Source: Sedimentisphaerales bacterium
GTDB taxonomy: Bacteria; Planctomycetota; Phycisphaerae; Sedimentisphaerales; SM23-30
Length of the DNA: 64,000 nt
Direction: 5' to 3'
Assembly (NCBI GenBank): GCA_963663965.2
Contig: CAXXFK010000015.1
Coordinates: 235,415-299,414 of the forward strand
The position numbers were made by a program, and so were the translations under genes. The number at the start of each line of letters is the position of its first letter. The stretch's first letter is position 1. Of the stretch, positions 1-9,204 are shown one piece after another. The notes under the pieces were generated by a model that did not search any database, was not told where the DNA came from, and saw only the letters and a list, made by a program, of their open reading frames with translations.

Positions 1-137
1 ACAACCGGATCATAGTAACCAACCTGCATCGGTCCACCCGTATAGGCCAGCATGGTAAACTTGCGGTCCTTCGATTCACTACTGGCCGCTTCGATAGAAA
101 TGGCCTCGATAATTTGCAGTTTGTCACTATTTGGCAT
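1..137 (-). CDS. Partial (5' end only) phage head protease/major head protein
   Basis: Manual translation MPNSDKLQIIEAISIEAASSESKDRKFTMLAYTGGPMQVGYYDPVV; overlaps portal stop; position typical of a prohead protease. Confidence 0.6.
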   Translation of the reverse strand, partial: MPNSDKLQIIEAISIEAASSESKDRKFTMLAYTGGPMQVGYYDPV

Positions 138-1578
138 TGGAAGCCCCTTCACTGTCTGCGTTCTGTGGTGCAACGTCTTCCATGACTAGCCCGAGTTCTT
201 TCATTTTTGCTCGTTCCCGGCCAATTTGTTCGAGTTCCCGTTCCCAGTCCTTGCCCTGCTTGGCATACTCTGTGGCCAGAGTGGTTGTGTGTGAGACCAA
301 GCGGGTCTGTTGCGCCGTAGCTTCTTTTTGCGGATCAACATGCTCGTCCCCGTCCCAGAACCAAACTCTCGGGATTCTGTGCAGAGTGCGGACCTTGATA
401 GGGAGGTAGTCAGAAACCAGAATTGCCCGATCCAGCCACGCTCTGAAGATTTTATTAAGAACCACGGACTCGGCGTGTTGTCGTTCGACTCTCAGCATCT
501 TGTAATAAGTCTGGAAGTCCAGCCGCCCAGAAGAGTAGTTGTAACCCGAGCTATTGGCCGCCGCCTTGTTGTAGGGAACCCCCAGACATCGGGCGATTTC
601 GTTTAATACTTCCCGCTTGAACTCAGCATAAGTGGTGACAGGCTGTTCAGCTTCAAGCTGTCCCAGTTTCCATCCACTCGGAAGAGTTGTCGCCATGTTC
701 CGCTCAAGCTCAACTGTGTCCATCGGATCGACATCAGCGGCCTCGTCTGAGGCGTTCATGTCGGTGTAAAGAACAGCCGCAAAGTCGGCGGCGGTCTCAG
801 CGGCCAAAATCGTTGCTAATGTGTATCGTCTCAGATGGGAGAACAAAGGAAGAGCCGGTGTAAGCTCAGGGATGGCCCTGTGTTGCTCCGGTCGGTCAGC
901 AGTCATCCAATGGATCACATCTTCAGCAGGAATGCGATTGTAGGCCCGATCCGTGGAAAAAGTGAAAGTGTCCCCCGGATGACTCTGGGTGAAGTAATAG
1001 GCAACCGAGTTGCCCCAGTCGTCCAATACAATCCCGTCGATAATATTGGAAGGAAGTTTAACTCCAATTGGACTCGTCACCCGATCCGTTTCCATAGGGC
1101 GTATGTCCATTTTTACCGGGGATTCGAGTTTGCGATTGGTTGACATGACCGCAAACGCTTCACCGTCAACGCTCTTGGCTTTTCGCATGGTGCGAAGTTT
1201 TTCGGCCAGACGAATTTCGTCAGCCCACGCCATAAACTCTTCTTCGATAATTGAATTGATTTCGCTGTTGAGAGTGGCCAGTTGTATGCGGGGGCCAGTG
1301 CCAATAGTGTCTTGTGCAAGTGTGTTCACTATGCCCCGTGCGTAACTGTTATTAGCCACCTCGTAACGGCTTCGATTGCGAAGAATCCGTCTAACTTCAG
1401 GCGAGTTTGATGCGTCTGGGCTCAGGTTGTCATTAGCCTGTTGCCAATGTCGCTGATTGATGTTATTTGTCTGAGCCGAGTCGTACTTGACAGCCCGCAG
1501 ATTAATTCTGGGCCGTGGAGTGACGATAGAGATGTTTCCACTAGGGGCAGCTATGGACTGGGTGACGATCTGAGTCAT
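127..1578 (-). CDS. Phage portal protein, lambda family
   Basis: LRNRSRYEVANNSYARG, DGEAF, NYSSGRLD and HVDPQKE motifs; follows terminase. Confidence 0.92.
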   Translation of the reverse strand: MTQIVTQSIAAPSGNISIVTPRPRINLRAVKYDSAQTNNINQRHWQQANDNLSPDASNSPEVRRILRNRSRYEVANNSYARGIVNTLAQDTIGTGPRIQLATLNSEINSIIEEEFMAWADEIRLAEKLRTMRKAKSVDGEAFAVMSTNRKLESPVKMDIRPMETDRVTSPIGVKLPSNIIDGIVLDDWGNSVAYYFTQSHPGDTFTFSTDRAYNRIPAEDVIHWMTADRPEQHRAIPELTPALPLFSHLRRYTLATILAAETAADFAAVLYTDMNASDEAADVDPMDTVELERNMATTLPSGWKLGQLEAEQPVTTYAEFKREVLNEIARCLGVPYNKAAANSSGYNYSSGRLDFQTYYKMLRVERQHAESVVLNKIFRAWLDRAILVSDYLPIKVRTLHRIPRVWFWDGDEHVDPQKEATAQQTRLVSHTTTLATEYAKQGKDWERELEQIGRERAKMKELGLVMEDVAPQNADSEGASNAK

Positions 1579-1775
1579 TACGCACCCCCCGCAGGAGATA
1601 GCTGATAGATGCGTATCCCGAGTTTTTTTCTGGAAGCCGCTCGCTTAGAGGCCAAGTAACGGTCAGCGGCAATCTGATCAGCCAAGCTATGTTGCTCTAC
1701 TGATCCAGCGTCATTGCTGGCCTTCTTAGGCCCGGTAGCATTGGTTTCAATTGTGGTGTCGAGATCGTCACTCAT
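1578..1775 (-). CDS. Small head-completion/gpW-like protein
   Basis: 65 aa between terminase and portal; stop overlaps portal ATG. Confidence 0.55.
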   Translation of the reverse strand: MSDDLDTTIETNATGPKKASNDAGSVEQHSLADQIAADRYLASKRAASRKKLGIRIYQLSPAGGA

Positions 1776-1835
1776 GCCTCTATTTTGAAAAAAACAGAGA
1801 CTCGACACAAATTGTGTGTGGCATGTTTACCGACC

Positions 1836-1893
1836 ATACCTACATATCTATAGATTTATTTTTTTTATACCTACATATCTATAGATTTATTTT
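1836..1893. repeat. 27-bp direct repeat x2 (31-bp period), each with palindrome ATCTATAGAT
   Basis: ATACCTACATATCTATAGATTTATTTT at 1836-1862 and 1867-1893. Confidence 0.9.
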
Positions 1894-2062
1894 GAAAAAT
1901 TCTCTCTGAGGTAGTGAACCTTTTTCCGCAGTTTCGGCACTCTCGGCGGCGAGTCCTACGGTTTCTCAGGTCTTGAGTGTAGACAACCGGAACGTGACCG
2001 CAGTTGCACACCGGGCATCTAACGCCATGGTTTTGATTATTTTCTTTCTGATCGTCAGCCAT
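1871..2062 (-). CDS. Zinc-ribbon protein (Ogr/Delta or NrdR-N-like), probable late activator
   Basis: CPVC...RRRECRNCGKRFTTSE. Confidence 0.7.
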   Translation of the reverse strand: MADDQKENNQNHGVRCPVCNCGHVPVVYTQDLRNRRTRRRECRNCGKRFTTSERIFQNKSIDM

Positions 2063-2063
2063 C

Positions 2064-4160
2064 TTACGCTCGCCTTTCTCGCTGTATCTGCGACAACTTG
2101 ATCTTCTTTTTAGATTCAACCTTGGAGGCATGACCGACTAACTTACAACCACACAGACTGGCCGCAACACAATTGCCAACCAGACAATCCAGCCAGTGAT
2201 TGTCCGGTGATCCGGGGACAGGTGTCCATTGATGAACTACCCGACCATGGCCCTCTGTCTTGGTCCATGACTCTGACCCGGCCACATGCTCGGCAAACAT
2301 TCTATGGATTTCAGGTTTTGTCCCAAACAGAGTCAGTGAGCCGGGCTCCCCGCCAGCGGCCATAAGCCTTTCATGGCTAAAAGTCTTCCAATAATTAGTG
2401 TCAATCAGTACATAAGGGTACTCACCTGTTGTCCGTTTGACATTGGGGATCATCCAGTGTTCACCATAACGCTCGCCGGGTTTTCGTCGATAGGAAGACA
2501 TAGGTTTGTTGCCAGCCTTGACAGACACACCTTTGCTGGACATGATCGGGGCGTCCATTTCCCGTTTGACGTTTTCAATAATTCCCGGCTTGTACCCTGC
2601 ATCGATAAAAATTCTGTCTATCTTGACAATACCTCCACCGCCTGCCTTCTTCCATGGGTAACTCATCAGCTTAGCGACCAAATCCTTCAATCCTGCCTGT
2701 ATGACTGCATCTTTGACAATTCCCTTGTAGAGAGTGTCCATGGAGACATGAGGCTTTCTATGAGTGAAGTAGGCCCGTTTCTGGTCAGGGTATGAGCCAT
2801 AGTCAACTATCCACCCAGTGAAGTCCTGCTCCCATGCACAGACAACATAGTAGAGGATTTTGTCGTGCACATCGATGAAGGCTGTCAGAAAGTGGGCCCG
2901 GAACGGGATTTCACACTGTGCCCGATGATTGATCTGGTCCATGAGAGCCTCGGGAGTCAGAACGTCCCCATCTGCCTCCTGAGTGACAGGCTCGTTCTGA
3001 TACTCCGCATAAAAACTCTCTTCATCGTCATAGAATAAATTCATGGCGGCTTGGAGAGCCGAGATTTCTTTTTTGCGAGTATAACGATCCAGCCATGAGA
3101 CCTCTGCTCCTTCATCCATGGCTTCACGATTCTCTCGATAAAAGTCTGTGGCCTCCGATCCGTTGCCATCAGCCGCATACGATTCGCTTCTGATTTTGGC
3201 ATACTGGTCCCACAGCTTCATATTAGACGGGAAGTGGATCAGCATTTTAGTTCGCTCGCCCTGCCATGTCGGGTTTTTGGTCCGGTCAAGAAGTTGGTCG
3301 GCAAGGTCGAGAGGCTGAATGACCGTACAAGGAATAATAATGGCGGTATTCTGTCCGGGACCGGCCAGCCCCTTGATTGCCCCGTTAATGATTGACAGAC
3401 GTTGTGTGATCTGCATCGGGGACCGGGCTGACTGGTCTGTCTGTGGATCGTCAACAATTACCAAAGTGGGCCTGATTTTCTCGCCATCAGGCAGGACGTG
3501 ATTTGCTCCACGAATTGAACCAGTAATTCCAGAGGCTTCTATGATCGCCCCTGAGCAGGTTGATCCCGGAATATCAGCAAAAATAATCTGACTGGTTGAC
3601 CATGCAATGTTGGTGTTTACTCCCCGATACTTCTGCCCGGTACATCGGCGGGACTCGCCTTGGAGTTGCCAGAACGGGAACACCGCTTCAGGGAAGTCCT
3701 GAAGAAGGAGTTTGTTTTTGTAAAGCTGATGCTGAATATTGCCCATCATCTGCTCAGCATCCTCGTTTGTACTGCCAACCAGAAAGACGTAATGATGTTT
3801 CCCTGTCAGGACCGCCCATAGGACCGCCGCTTCGCAAAGCGTTGTCTTGCCTGATCCCCGAGGCATGGCCACGGCAAACTTTTCCAGATCGATAACCACA
3901 CGCTCGATCTTGTCGATGGCAACCAAGTGATGGTCACTCCATGCCAGATTGAACTGTTTTTTTAGGTAGATTTCACAGAAGCTCTTGAACGAAGTCTCGG
4001 CCACAGCCCTGCGAATCGGGTCTTTAATCGGTGGGATCGAAGGAAGCTCCTGACCAGCCGCACTACGGGCACGAGACCGCTCATTAGCAGTCTGTCGCCT
4101 GCGCTCTGCCTGTCGTTTCAGTTCCTCAAGTCTGGCTGGATCGGGACTTGATGACTTCAT
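2064..4160 (-). CDS. Terminase large subunit (GpA-like nuclease domain)
   Basis: Walker A PRGSGKT, Walker B VIVDDPQ, nuclease acidic motifs FIDVH, FIDAG, DNHWLDC. Confidence 0.92.
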   Translation of the reverse strand: MKSSSPDPARLEELKRQAERRRQTANERSRARSAAGQELPSIPPIKDPIRRAVAETSFKSFCEIYLKKQFNLAWSDHHLVAIDKIERVVIDLEKFAVAMPRGSGKTTLCEAAVLWAVLTGKHHYVFLVGSTNEDAEQMMGNIQHQLYKNKLLLQDFPEAVFPFWQLQGESRRCTGQKYRGVNTNIAWSTSQIIFADIPGSTCSGAIIEASGITGSIRGANHVLPDGEKIRPTLVIVDDPQTDQSARSPMQITQRLSIINGAIKGLAGPGQNTAIIIPCTVIQPLDLADQLLDRTKNPTWQGERTKMLIHFPSNMKLWDQYAKIRSESYAADGNGSEATDFYRENREAMDEGAEVSWLDRYTRKKEISALQAAMNLFYDDEESFYAEYQNEPVTQEADGDVLTPEALMDQINHRAQCEIPFRAHFLTAFIDVHDKILYYVVCAWEQDFTGWIVDYGSYPDQKRAYFTHRKPHVSMDTLYKGIVKDAVIQAGLKDLVAKLMSYPWKKAGGGGIVKIDRIFIDAGYKPGIIENVKREMDAPIMSSKGVSVKAGNKPMSSYRRKPGERYGEHWMIPNVKRTTGEYPYVLIDTNYWKTFSHERLMAAGGEPGSLTLFGTKPEIHRMFAEHVAGSESWTKTEGHGRVVHQWTPVPGSPDNHWLDCLVGNCVAASLCGCKLVGHASKVESKKKIKLSQIQRERRA

Positions 4161-4581
4161 GGGCCGCTATCCTTGCGTGTTCTGATAATGGGTAAGTTTC
4201 GTCCGTGAGTTGCAACGGCAACAGATGTGCCGCTATTTCGTCTAATTGAGCTTGAAGGTCTGTGGGGTCAGGGCCAGTGTCGATCTGCTTTCTCTCAGCC
4301 TTGTAGAGCCCCAAAAGCTTATTCAGTTCCCGTTGGGCCTGCAACGCTGTCTTAATATCCTTGGTTGCCTGTGCCAGTTTAAAAATTTCATTGATCCGGG
4401 TGATAGCCTTGCCGATCTGCTCAGACTGATCATAGTCCGAAGCGATAGCAATCGACCGCTTAGCCTGCTCAAGCAAATCTTTGGATTTGTCCGGTGAGAC
4501 GTTCTGTTGTTTTAACGACTCTAAAATCTGGGAGTCAGTAAAACCGTTGCACAACAGAATAATAATCTGGTCTTTTGTCAT
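4126..4581 (-). CDS. Putative terminase small subunit
   Basis: Helical protein overlapping TerL start; ALQAQRELNKLLGLY motif; start moved to MTKDQ. Confidence 0.5.
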   Translation of the reverse strand: MTKDQIIILLCNGFTDSQILESLKQQNVSPDKSKDLLEQAKRSIAIASDYDQSEQIGKAITRINEIFKLAQATKDIKTALQAQRELNKLLGLYKAERKQIDTGPDPTDLQAQLDEIAAHLLPLQLTDETYPLSEHARIAAHEVIKSRSSQT

Positions 4582-4591
4582 AAACTGTAAA

Positions 4592-4635
4592 CAAAAAATG
4601 GCCATGTGTCCTGGAGACAATGGGGCACATGACCG
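4592..4635 (-). terminator. Intrinsic terminator upstream of the terminase genes
   Basis: Minus strand GGTCATGTGCCCC-loop-AGGACACATGGCC followed by ATTTTTT. Confidence 0.6.
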
Positions 4636-4664
4636 ATAGATAGATAAATAAACCAATTACTTTT

Positions 4665-5204
4665 TTAAATTAAGTCGTCAAACAAGCCCGGCTCTCTGGG
4701 AGTCAGGGCCTCGAACTCTCGCTTGATAAAGTCCCTCTTTGTCATACCAAGCTTTTTACCCTTGCGGGTGTGTTGGTCATAAGCATAATCTGGTATGGTT
4801 TCCAGATCGGCTCTAGCCTCTTCAATATAACTTTCTAAAATTTTAGAGTCAACTAATTTTTCATCATAAACACAATTAGTCAGGTGATCCGCATCACGGG
4901 ACTTGCGTGCTAAGGCCAATAATATGATCGCCTTGCTCGCAAATACCCGGCCCGAACCCTTCTTTTTCTTGTTGGCGGCCTGCCATGATCGATATAATGC
5001 CTCAACTTCATACGTTATTATGCCCCAGACATCCTCTGCGGAGATGACCAACAGCCGTTTCCACAGGTATTCCCGGAAGCCTGATTCAAAGAGTTCAATC
5101 CCAAAGTACCCGGCGAGGCGGGAGTCGCCTCGCCGGATAGCTTTCTGCATTGCGCTGGTGACTTCAAAAAAGTCATAGTTCCTTACGGTTCTCAATGGTG
5201 GCAT
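4665..5204 (-). CDS. Stand-alone RarA/MgsA C-terminal (collar)-like protein
   Basis: YD..EVTSAMQKAIRRGD...LWKRLLVISAED resembles the RarA post-ATPase region; no Walker motifs. Confidence 0.7.
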   Translation of the reverse strand: MPPLRTVRNYDFFEVTSAMQKAIRRGDSRLAGYFGIELFESGFREYLWKRLLVISAEDVWGIITYEVEALYRSWQAANKKKKGSGRVFASKAIILLALARKSRDADHLTNCVYDEKLVDSKILESYIEEARADLETIPDYAYDQHTRKGKKLGMTKRDFIKREFEALTPREPGLFDDLI

Positions 5205-6331
5205 TATGCGGCCTCACTTTCTTTTTAGAGATTTTATTGATTGCTTGATTGATCCAGTCAATTGCGTCCTGCTCATTGTTTACTCTGTTACCAATAAATA
5301 GGTCAAACTCTTCAGTCAGTTCGGGTAGTATCGGAGTGACCAACCCCAAAGAGTCATAAAGATTGCCCGGTATCAGACGGCCTATTCCAGTAAGTGCTAA
5401 TCGCATGAAGGCGATTTCACTGACCGCAAACGTTAATGAATTAATGTCGAGAGGATGGGTGAAGTCTTTTAGAGTGATCCGCTGAAACTCATGCTTCACC
5501 TTACTTCCCAAGTCAGACATATAAATCGTCGCCACCAGCTTCACGTTGATTCCCTGCCGAGTCAAACTGTCGGCCATGGCCAGCATACAGGCCCCTCTGC
5601 AAAGACTTACTTCGGGGTCTCTGTACCATGCCGCTGCAATGTCAATCCCAATAGTCACTTGCCGGGTGGAACGGGGTCTTTTTCATTGACTCCCACATTT
5701 GTGGATTCCTGTTCAGGAACTTATCAACGTCAATTTCAGAACCGGCATCCAGATTGCGACGCCTTTTTCTGCGTGGTTTGTAAGAAGGCTGAATATCAGA
5801 AACGTCTGCTATTTTGTCTTTGAACTCATCAATCTTGTCTTTGTAAAAACCAGACGGACTCTCGAGTTCTTGATAAAATTTATGTTTCGTGAAGCCGTTG
5901 CCCCATTCGCCATGGCCTCTGAATTTATCGTCCAGAATTTTATTAACATGGTCGCCGTTTTTCCGGACAGCGGACAAATTTCTATCGAAAGCAACGTCGA
6001 GAACGTCTTTCAAGCTGTCCCATTCAACATGAAATACATTACCTTGGTAATAGGTCTGTACGCTATAGCCCCCGTGACTATGCTGTGTCTTGGTTTTTTT
6101 AGGGGACTCTTTTTTGGTGGTTTGCGGTTCAGTAGTGGAAGGTTGAGTGTCAGTGGCCTTGCGACTCTTAACCTTGCTCTTGGTTGGCTGATCTTCTGCG
6201 GTATGAGGTCCACAGGCTTCACATTTCACGCCAAAATGTTTTTTCCAGTAAACCGGATCGCCCTTGGCCACGGAAGCCCCGCATTTGGCGCATTTGCCTT
6301 TAAACCGTGCTGGAATTTTAGTGCTTTTCAT
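5173..6331 (-). pseudogene. Zn-ribbon + vWA-like partner of the AAA ATPase, split by a frameshift near 5660-5685
   Basis: ORF 5642-6331 (CAKC/CEAC; GSEIDVDKFL) continues in the +1 frame as ...PRSTRQVTIGIDIAA (ORF 5173-5658). Confidence 0.65.
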
Positions 6332-6372
6332 TTTTTTGTCTCCTGTTCAAAAGGTTAAGTTTATTCATCTGC

Positions 6373-6405
6373 ACGAAGCCTAGCACAGTAGTGCTAGGCA
6401 GTCAA
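6373..6405 (-). promoter_or_regulatory. sigma70-type promoter, shared phage motif copy 1
   Basis: TTGACT-17-TAGGCT, extended -10 TG; internal palindrome GCCTAGCAC/GTGCTAGGC. Confidence 0.7.
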
Positions 6406-6421
6406 ACATAGTGGACAAAAT

Positions 6422-7369
6422 TTATATGTTTTTTACTTTTTCTTTTTCGTCCTTAGACCAAGATTGCAGATAAAGAGCCTTAACTTCGTCAAGAGTGAAA
6501 CCGGCCTGAAGTTTTTGGATGGTTTTGATGACTAATCTGGTACTGGCAATCCGATGGAGTCTGCATTGATTGATCGCTTTGCGAACCCCATGGACCCAAG
6601 CCAGCACTTCCTCACCGCCTTCTACTCCCTGCACTATGGTTTTTTCTAGTTGCTCGTCATAGTCAACATACAACTGGTCAGTGACGAATCTTTCAAGAGA
6701 CGTCGCACATAGTTGGTTGCGACCAACATACATCGCATCAGCCCCTAGGCCATAGGTATTAGCCGCTGTCACAATTATGCAATTTTCATGACGTTCGATA
6801 ACTTCACTTGTTACCGGGTTACACATGTGCCCGTTTTCAAGGGCCGCATTAATTGAAACCATGACGTTCGCCTCAGCCGCATCGAGCTCGTCTAACAAAA
6901 ATACGCCTCCATGTCGATAAGTCTCAACAAAGGGAGTGGTCCGAAAAGACCAGCCCTCACCGTTTTCGTTCGGTAAAACCCGTCCAAACAGATGGGTTTC
7001 ACTGATCCCTTCAGACATCGAGACGAATGAGAATGGAAGGTCAAGGGTTTTGGCCAGATGTTTAGCTAAAGTGGTTTTTCCGGTCCCGCTCGGACCGACC
7101 AGCATCACATTGCGTGCTCCGCTATTAATCAGCTTCAGGACCATCTCAAGCTCTTTGTGGGGATTGTCAATAGTGTTGACCGCATTCAGGGGCTTGATAG
7201 TGACTTCAAGCTTTCTGACCGACTCAGCCACAGTCTCTTCAACAATTTTGCGAACCATATCCTCATTGACCGGAGAGCTAATTCTCTGTTGCAGAGTTAC
7301 GGCCATCAGTTCGACCAGATTTTCAGCATTGGGAGCTACGACTTTTTCAATTGTTGTTTCGGTTGCCAT
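6422..7369 (-). CDS. MoxR/CbbQ-like AAA+ ATPase
   Basis: GPSGTGKT, VFLLDE, TAANTYG..YVGRNQL...ERF. Confidence 0.9.
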   Translation of the reverse strand: MATETTIEKVVAPNAENLVELMAVTLQQRISSPVNEDMVRKIVEETVAESVRKLEVTIKPLNAVNTIDNPHKELEMVLKLINSGARNVMLVGPSGTGKTTLAKHLAKTLDLPFSFVSMSEGISETHLFGRVLPNENGEGWSFRTTPFVETYRHGGVFLLDELDAAEANVMVSINAALENGHMCNPVTSEVIERHENCIIVTAANTYGLGADAMYVGRNQLCATSLERFVTDQLYVDYDEQLEKTIVQGVEGGEEVLAWVHGVRKAINQCRLHRIASTRLVIKTIQKLQAGFTLDEVKALYLQSWSKDEKEKVKNI

Positions 7370-7450
7370 CTTGTGTCTCCTGTAAAAAAAGTAAAAGTAA
7401 AGTAATTGGTGTGTGAGAATTTTTTTAATTCATATTATTCAATTGTCATA

Positions 7451-7483
7451 AACGAAGCCTATCACAGTCTAAAATTTTGTCAA
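7451..7483 (-). promoter_or_regulatory. sigma70-type promoter, shared phage motif copy 2
   Basis: TTGACA-16-TAGGCT within CTGTGATAGGCTTCGT. Confidence 0.7.
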
Positions 7484-7522
7484 ACTGAAATAGGCAAAAA
7501 TGCTAAAATTTTAGAAAATAAT

Positions 7523-8236
7523 TTATTGGCGACGAGGGACTCTTATGCCAAAGTGGATTTGTGACTTAGATTCACGGGTATGTAAATACTGGCCCCATCG
7601 CTTGAGCAGATAATTAATTTCTTTTTGGTGTCGTTCCTGTGATCGAAGCTTGGACCCGCCGCCTGCCCCGGCAAATAAATCGTAGGCAAAGTCATAGCGT
7701 CCGTCCACCATAACGATACGGTCTAACATCAGAGACTTCAGGCAAAAGTCAATGTCTGCCCGGAGCAATAGCGAGGTGTCATAGCGAAGCTCACGGCCTA
7801 TGATCCCAATCGAACCGCCTACCCAAGCATTGAGATGGAACGGGTCAAACGGCTTATAAGCCACAGGGCGGGCGCAAATCTGAAACCCGAACACTCTGGC
7901 CCCGGCCTCCTGTGCGACGATGGCGAGACGTTCCACAATGGCTTGAGCCTCTCTGGGATCGGTGATCCGTCTCTTGTGAAACCCGGTCTGGTCGTAGAGC
8001 TTTTTGAGGTCATCGTCGATTTGATAGACTACCGGATCGTCAACGTGATCCAGAATCCATTGGCGAAGCGGGCCAATGCCAAGAATATCGTCCGGGTGGA
8101 TCAGCAAATTTTTTGTGACCTTGAAATAGTCGTCACGTTCTGACTCGCCAACACATACCACAGCGTCAGGGAACAGGGCGAGAGTTCTCTCGCCCACAAT
8201 ATTTGATCGGCCTTTACTCGGAATAACTATCTGCAT
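7523..8236 (-). CDS. GREB1/TAGT-like GT-A glycosyltransferase
   Basis: IVIPSKGR start, RQWILD..VYQIDDD (DxD), RADIDF, GAGGG..R, LLKRWG. Confidence 0.75.
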   Translation of the reverse strand: MQIVIPSKGRSNIVGERTLALFPDAVVCVGESERDDYFKVTKNLLIHPDDILGIGPLRQWILDHVDDPVVYQIDDDLKKLYDQTGFHKRRITDPREAQAIVERLAIVAQEAGARVFGFQICARPVAYKPFDPFHLNAWVGGSIGIIGRELRYDTSLLLRADIDFCLKSLMLDRIVMVDGRYDFAYDLFAGAGGGSKLRSQERHQKEINYLLKRWGQYLHTRESKSQIHFGIRVPRRQ

Positions 8237-8922
8237 TATTTTTGCTCCTTAGCATAGCTGGAAAGGTTTTGAAGGAACTGGGCCCCATCGAGAACACGGC
8301 CCACACCGACTTTCTTGGTTCCACCGGGATATTTAACCTGAACTTTCTTCAAGCCAAAACGTTCGCAAGCCTGCTGAAAGTTCTGGGTATCCTTGAACAT
8401 GAGCATTACATAGTCATAACTCTCAAACGGCTGAAGTTCCATTCCGGGAAGGTCAATGTCTGGAATATTCTCAGCCATGTCCATGTCAGGGTCAACGCTT
8501 CCCGGCATCGTCTGAGAAAGCGTGTGGTGCAGCAATTCTCTCACCCAGAGGCTGTCAGCCTCCACCGATTCGGTCAGAGCGTGGTAAATTTCCTGATCGC
8601 CGTTGGCCATGGCCCCTACAGGATCGAGCGAAGCTAGAATGATCTTCTCGGCCTCCTCAGTCCAGTTGCCAATCAGAACTGGGACCAGTGTGTCAGGGCT
8701 GACCACGGAACGTCTGGCATGTCCATCGATCAGACGTTTAGTCCGTTCGTTGTAGAGCAATGGGGCGGCCCACCCAATCTCGGGATTTTCAATTAAATCC
8801 TTGAGCGTGGACAATTGATCGTCCGGGTGCTTACGCCAGTTGTTAGGGTTTTCGTCGAGGCTTCCAGCCTCAATCCACTCAAGTCTTAGTTGCTTTTGTT
8901 GGTCGGTTAGTTGATCGTTCAT
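8236..8922 (-). CDS. ParB/Srx-like domain protein
   Basis: NPNNWRKHP..Q, PLLYN...LIDGHARR; coupled to the GT gene by TAATG overlap. Confidence 0.8.
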   Translation of the reverse strand: MNDQLTDQQKQLRLEWIEAGSLDENPNNWRKHPDDQLSTLKDLIENPEIGWAAPLLYNERTKRLIDGHARRSVVSPDTLVPVLIGNWTEEAEKIILASLDPVGAMANGDQEIYHALTESVEADSLWVRELLHHTLSQTMPGSVDPDMDMAENIPDIDLPGMELQPFESYDYVMLMFKDTQNFQQACERFGLKKVQVKYPGGTKKVGVGRVLDGAQFLQNLSSYAKEQK

Positions 8923-9204
8923 AAAATTACTCCAAAATGGTGATTGTCTTAAAAACGCCGTAAATGGCTCTCTATTGAATTTTCTCGGTTTCTAGGTCTG
9001 TCGGTAAAGGGTTAGGGTCAGTTTTTGCAATGTAGGCATAATTCTGTGTGAAATTGGCGTATGTCTGCCAGTTGTCAGAACGTCAGAGGAAATAATAGCA
9101 CGGTTCGGGAGTGTTCCCGAAGGGGTGGGGAGTCGTTTCAAGTCTAGGAAGGACCCATCGTTTTGTTTTTTGTGCTGACCACAGCGATTTCCACAGCCGG
9201 GCCA

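Noticed and set aside
1836..1893. CRISPR array (also considered for 9339-9439)
   Set aside because: Only two copies with a 4-bp gap, or 7-bp units; no spacers and no cas genes.
5670..5690. Programmed -1 frameshift at G AAA AAG
   Set aside because: The -1 frame reaches TGA within ~10 codons; the continuation is in the +1 frame.
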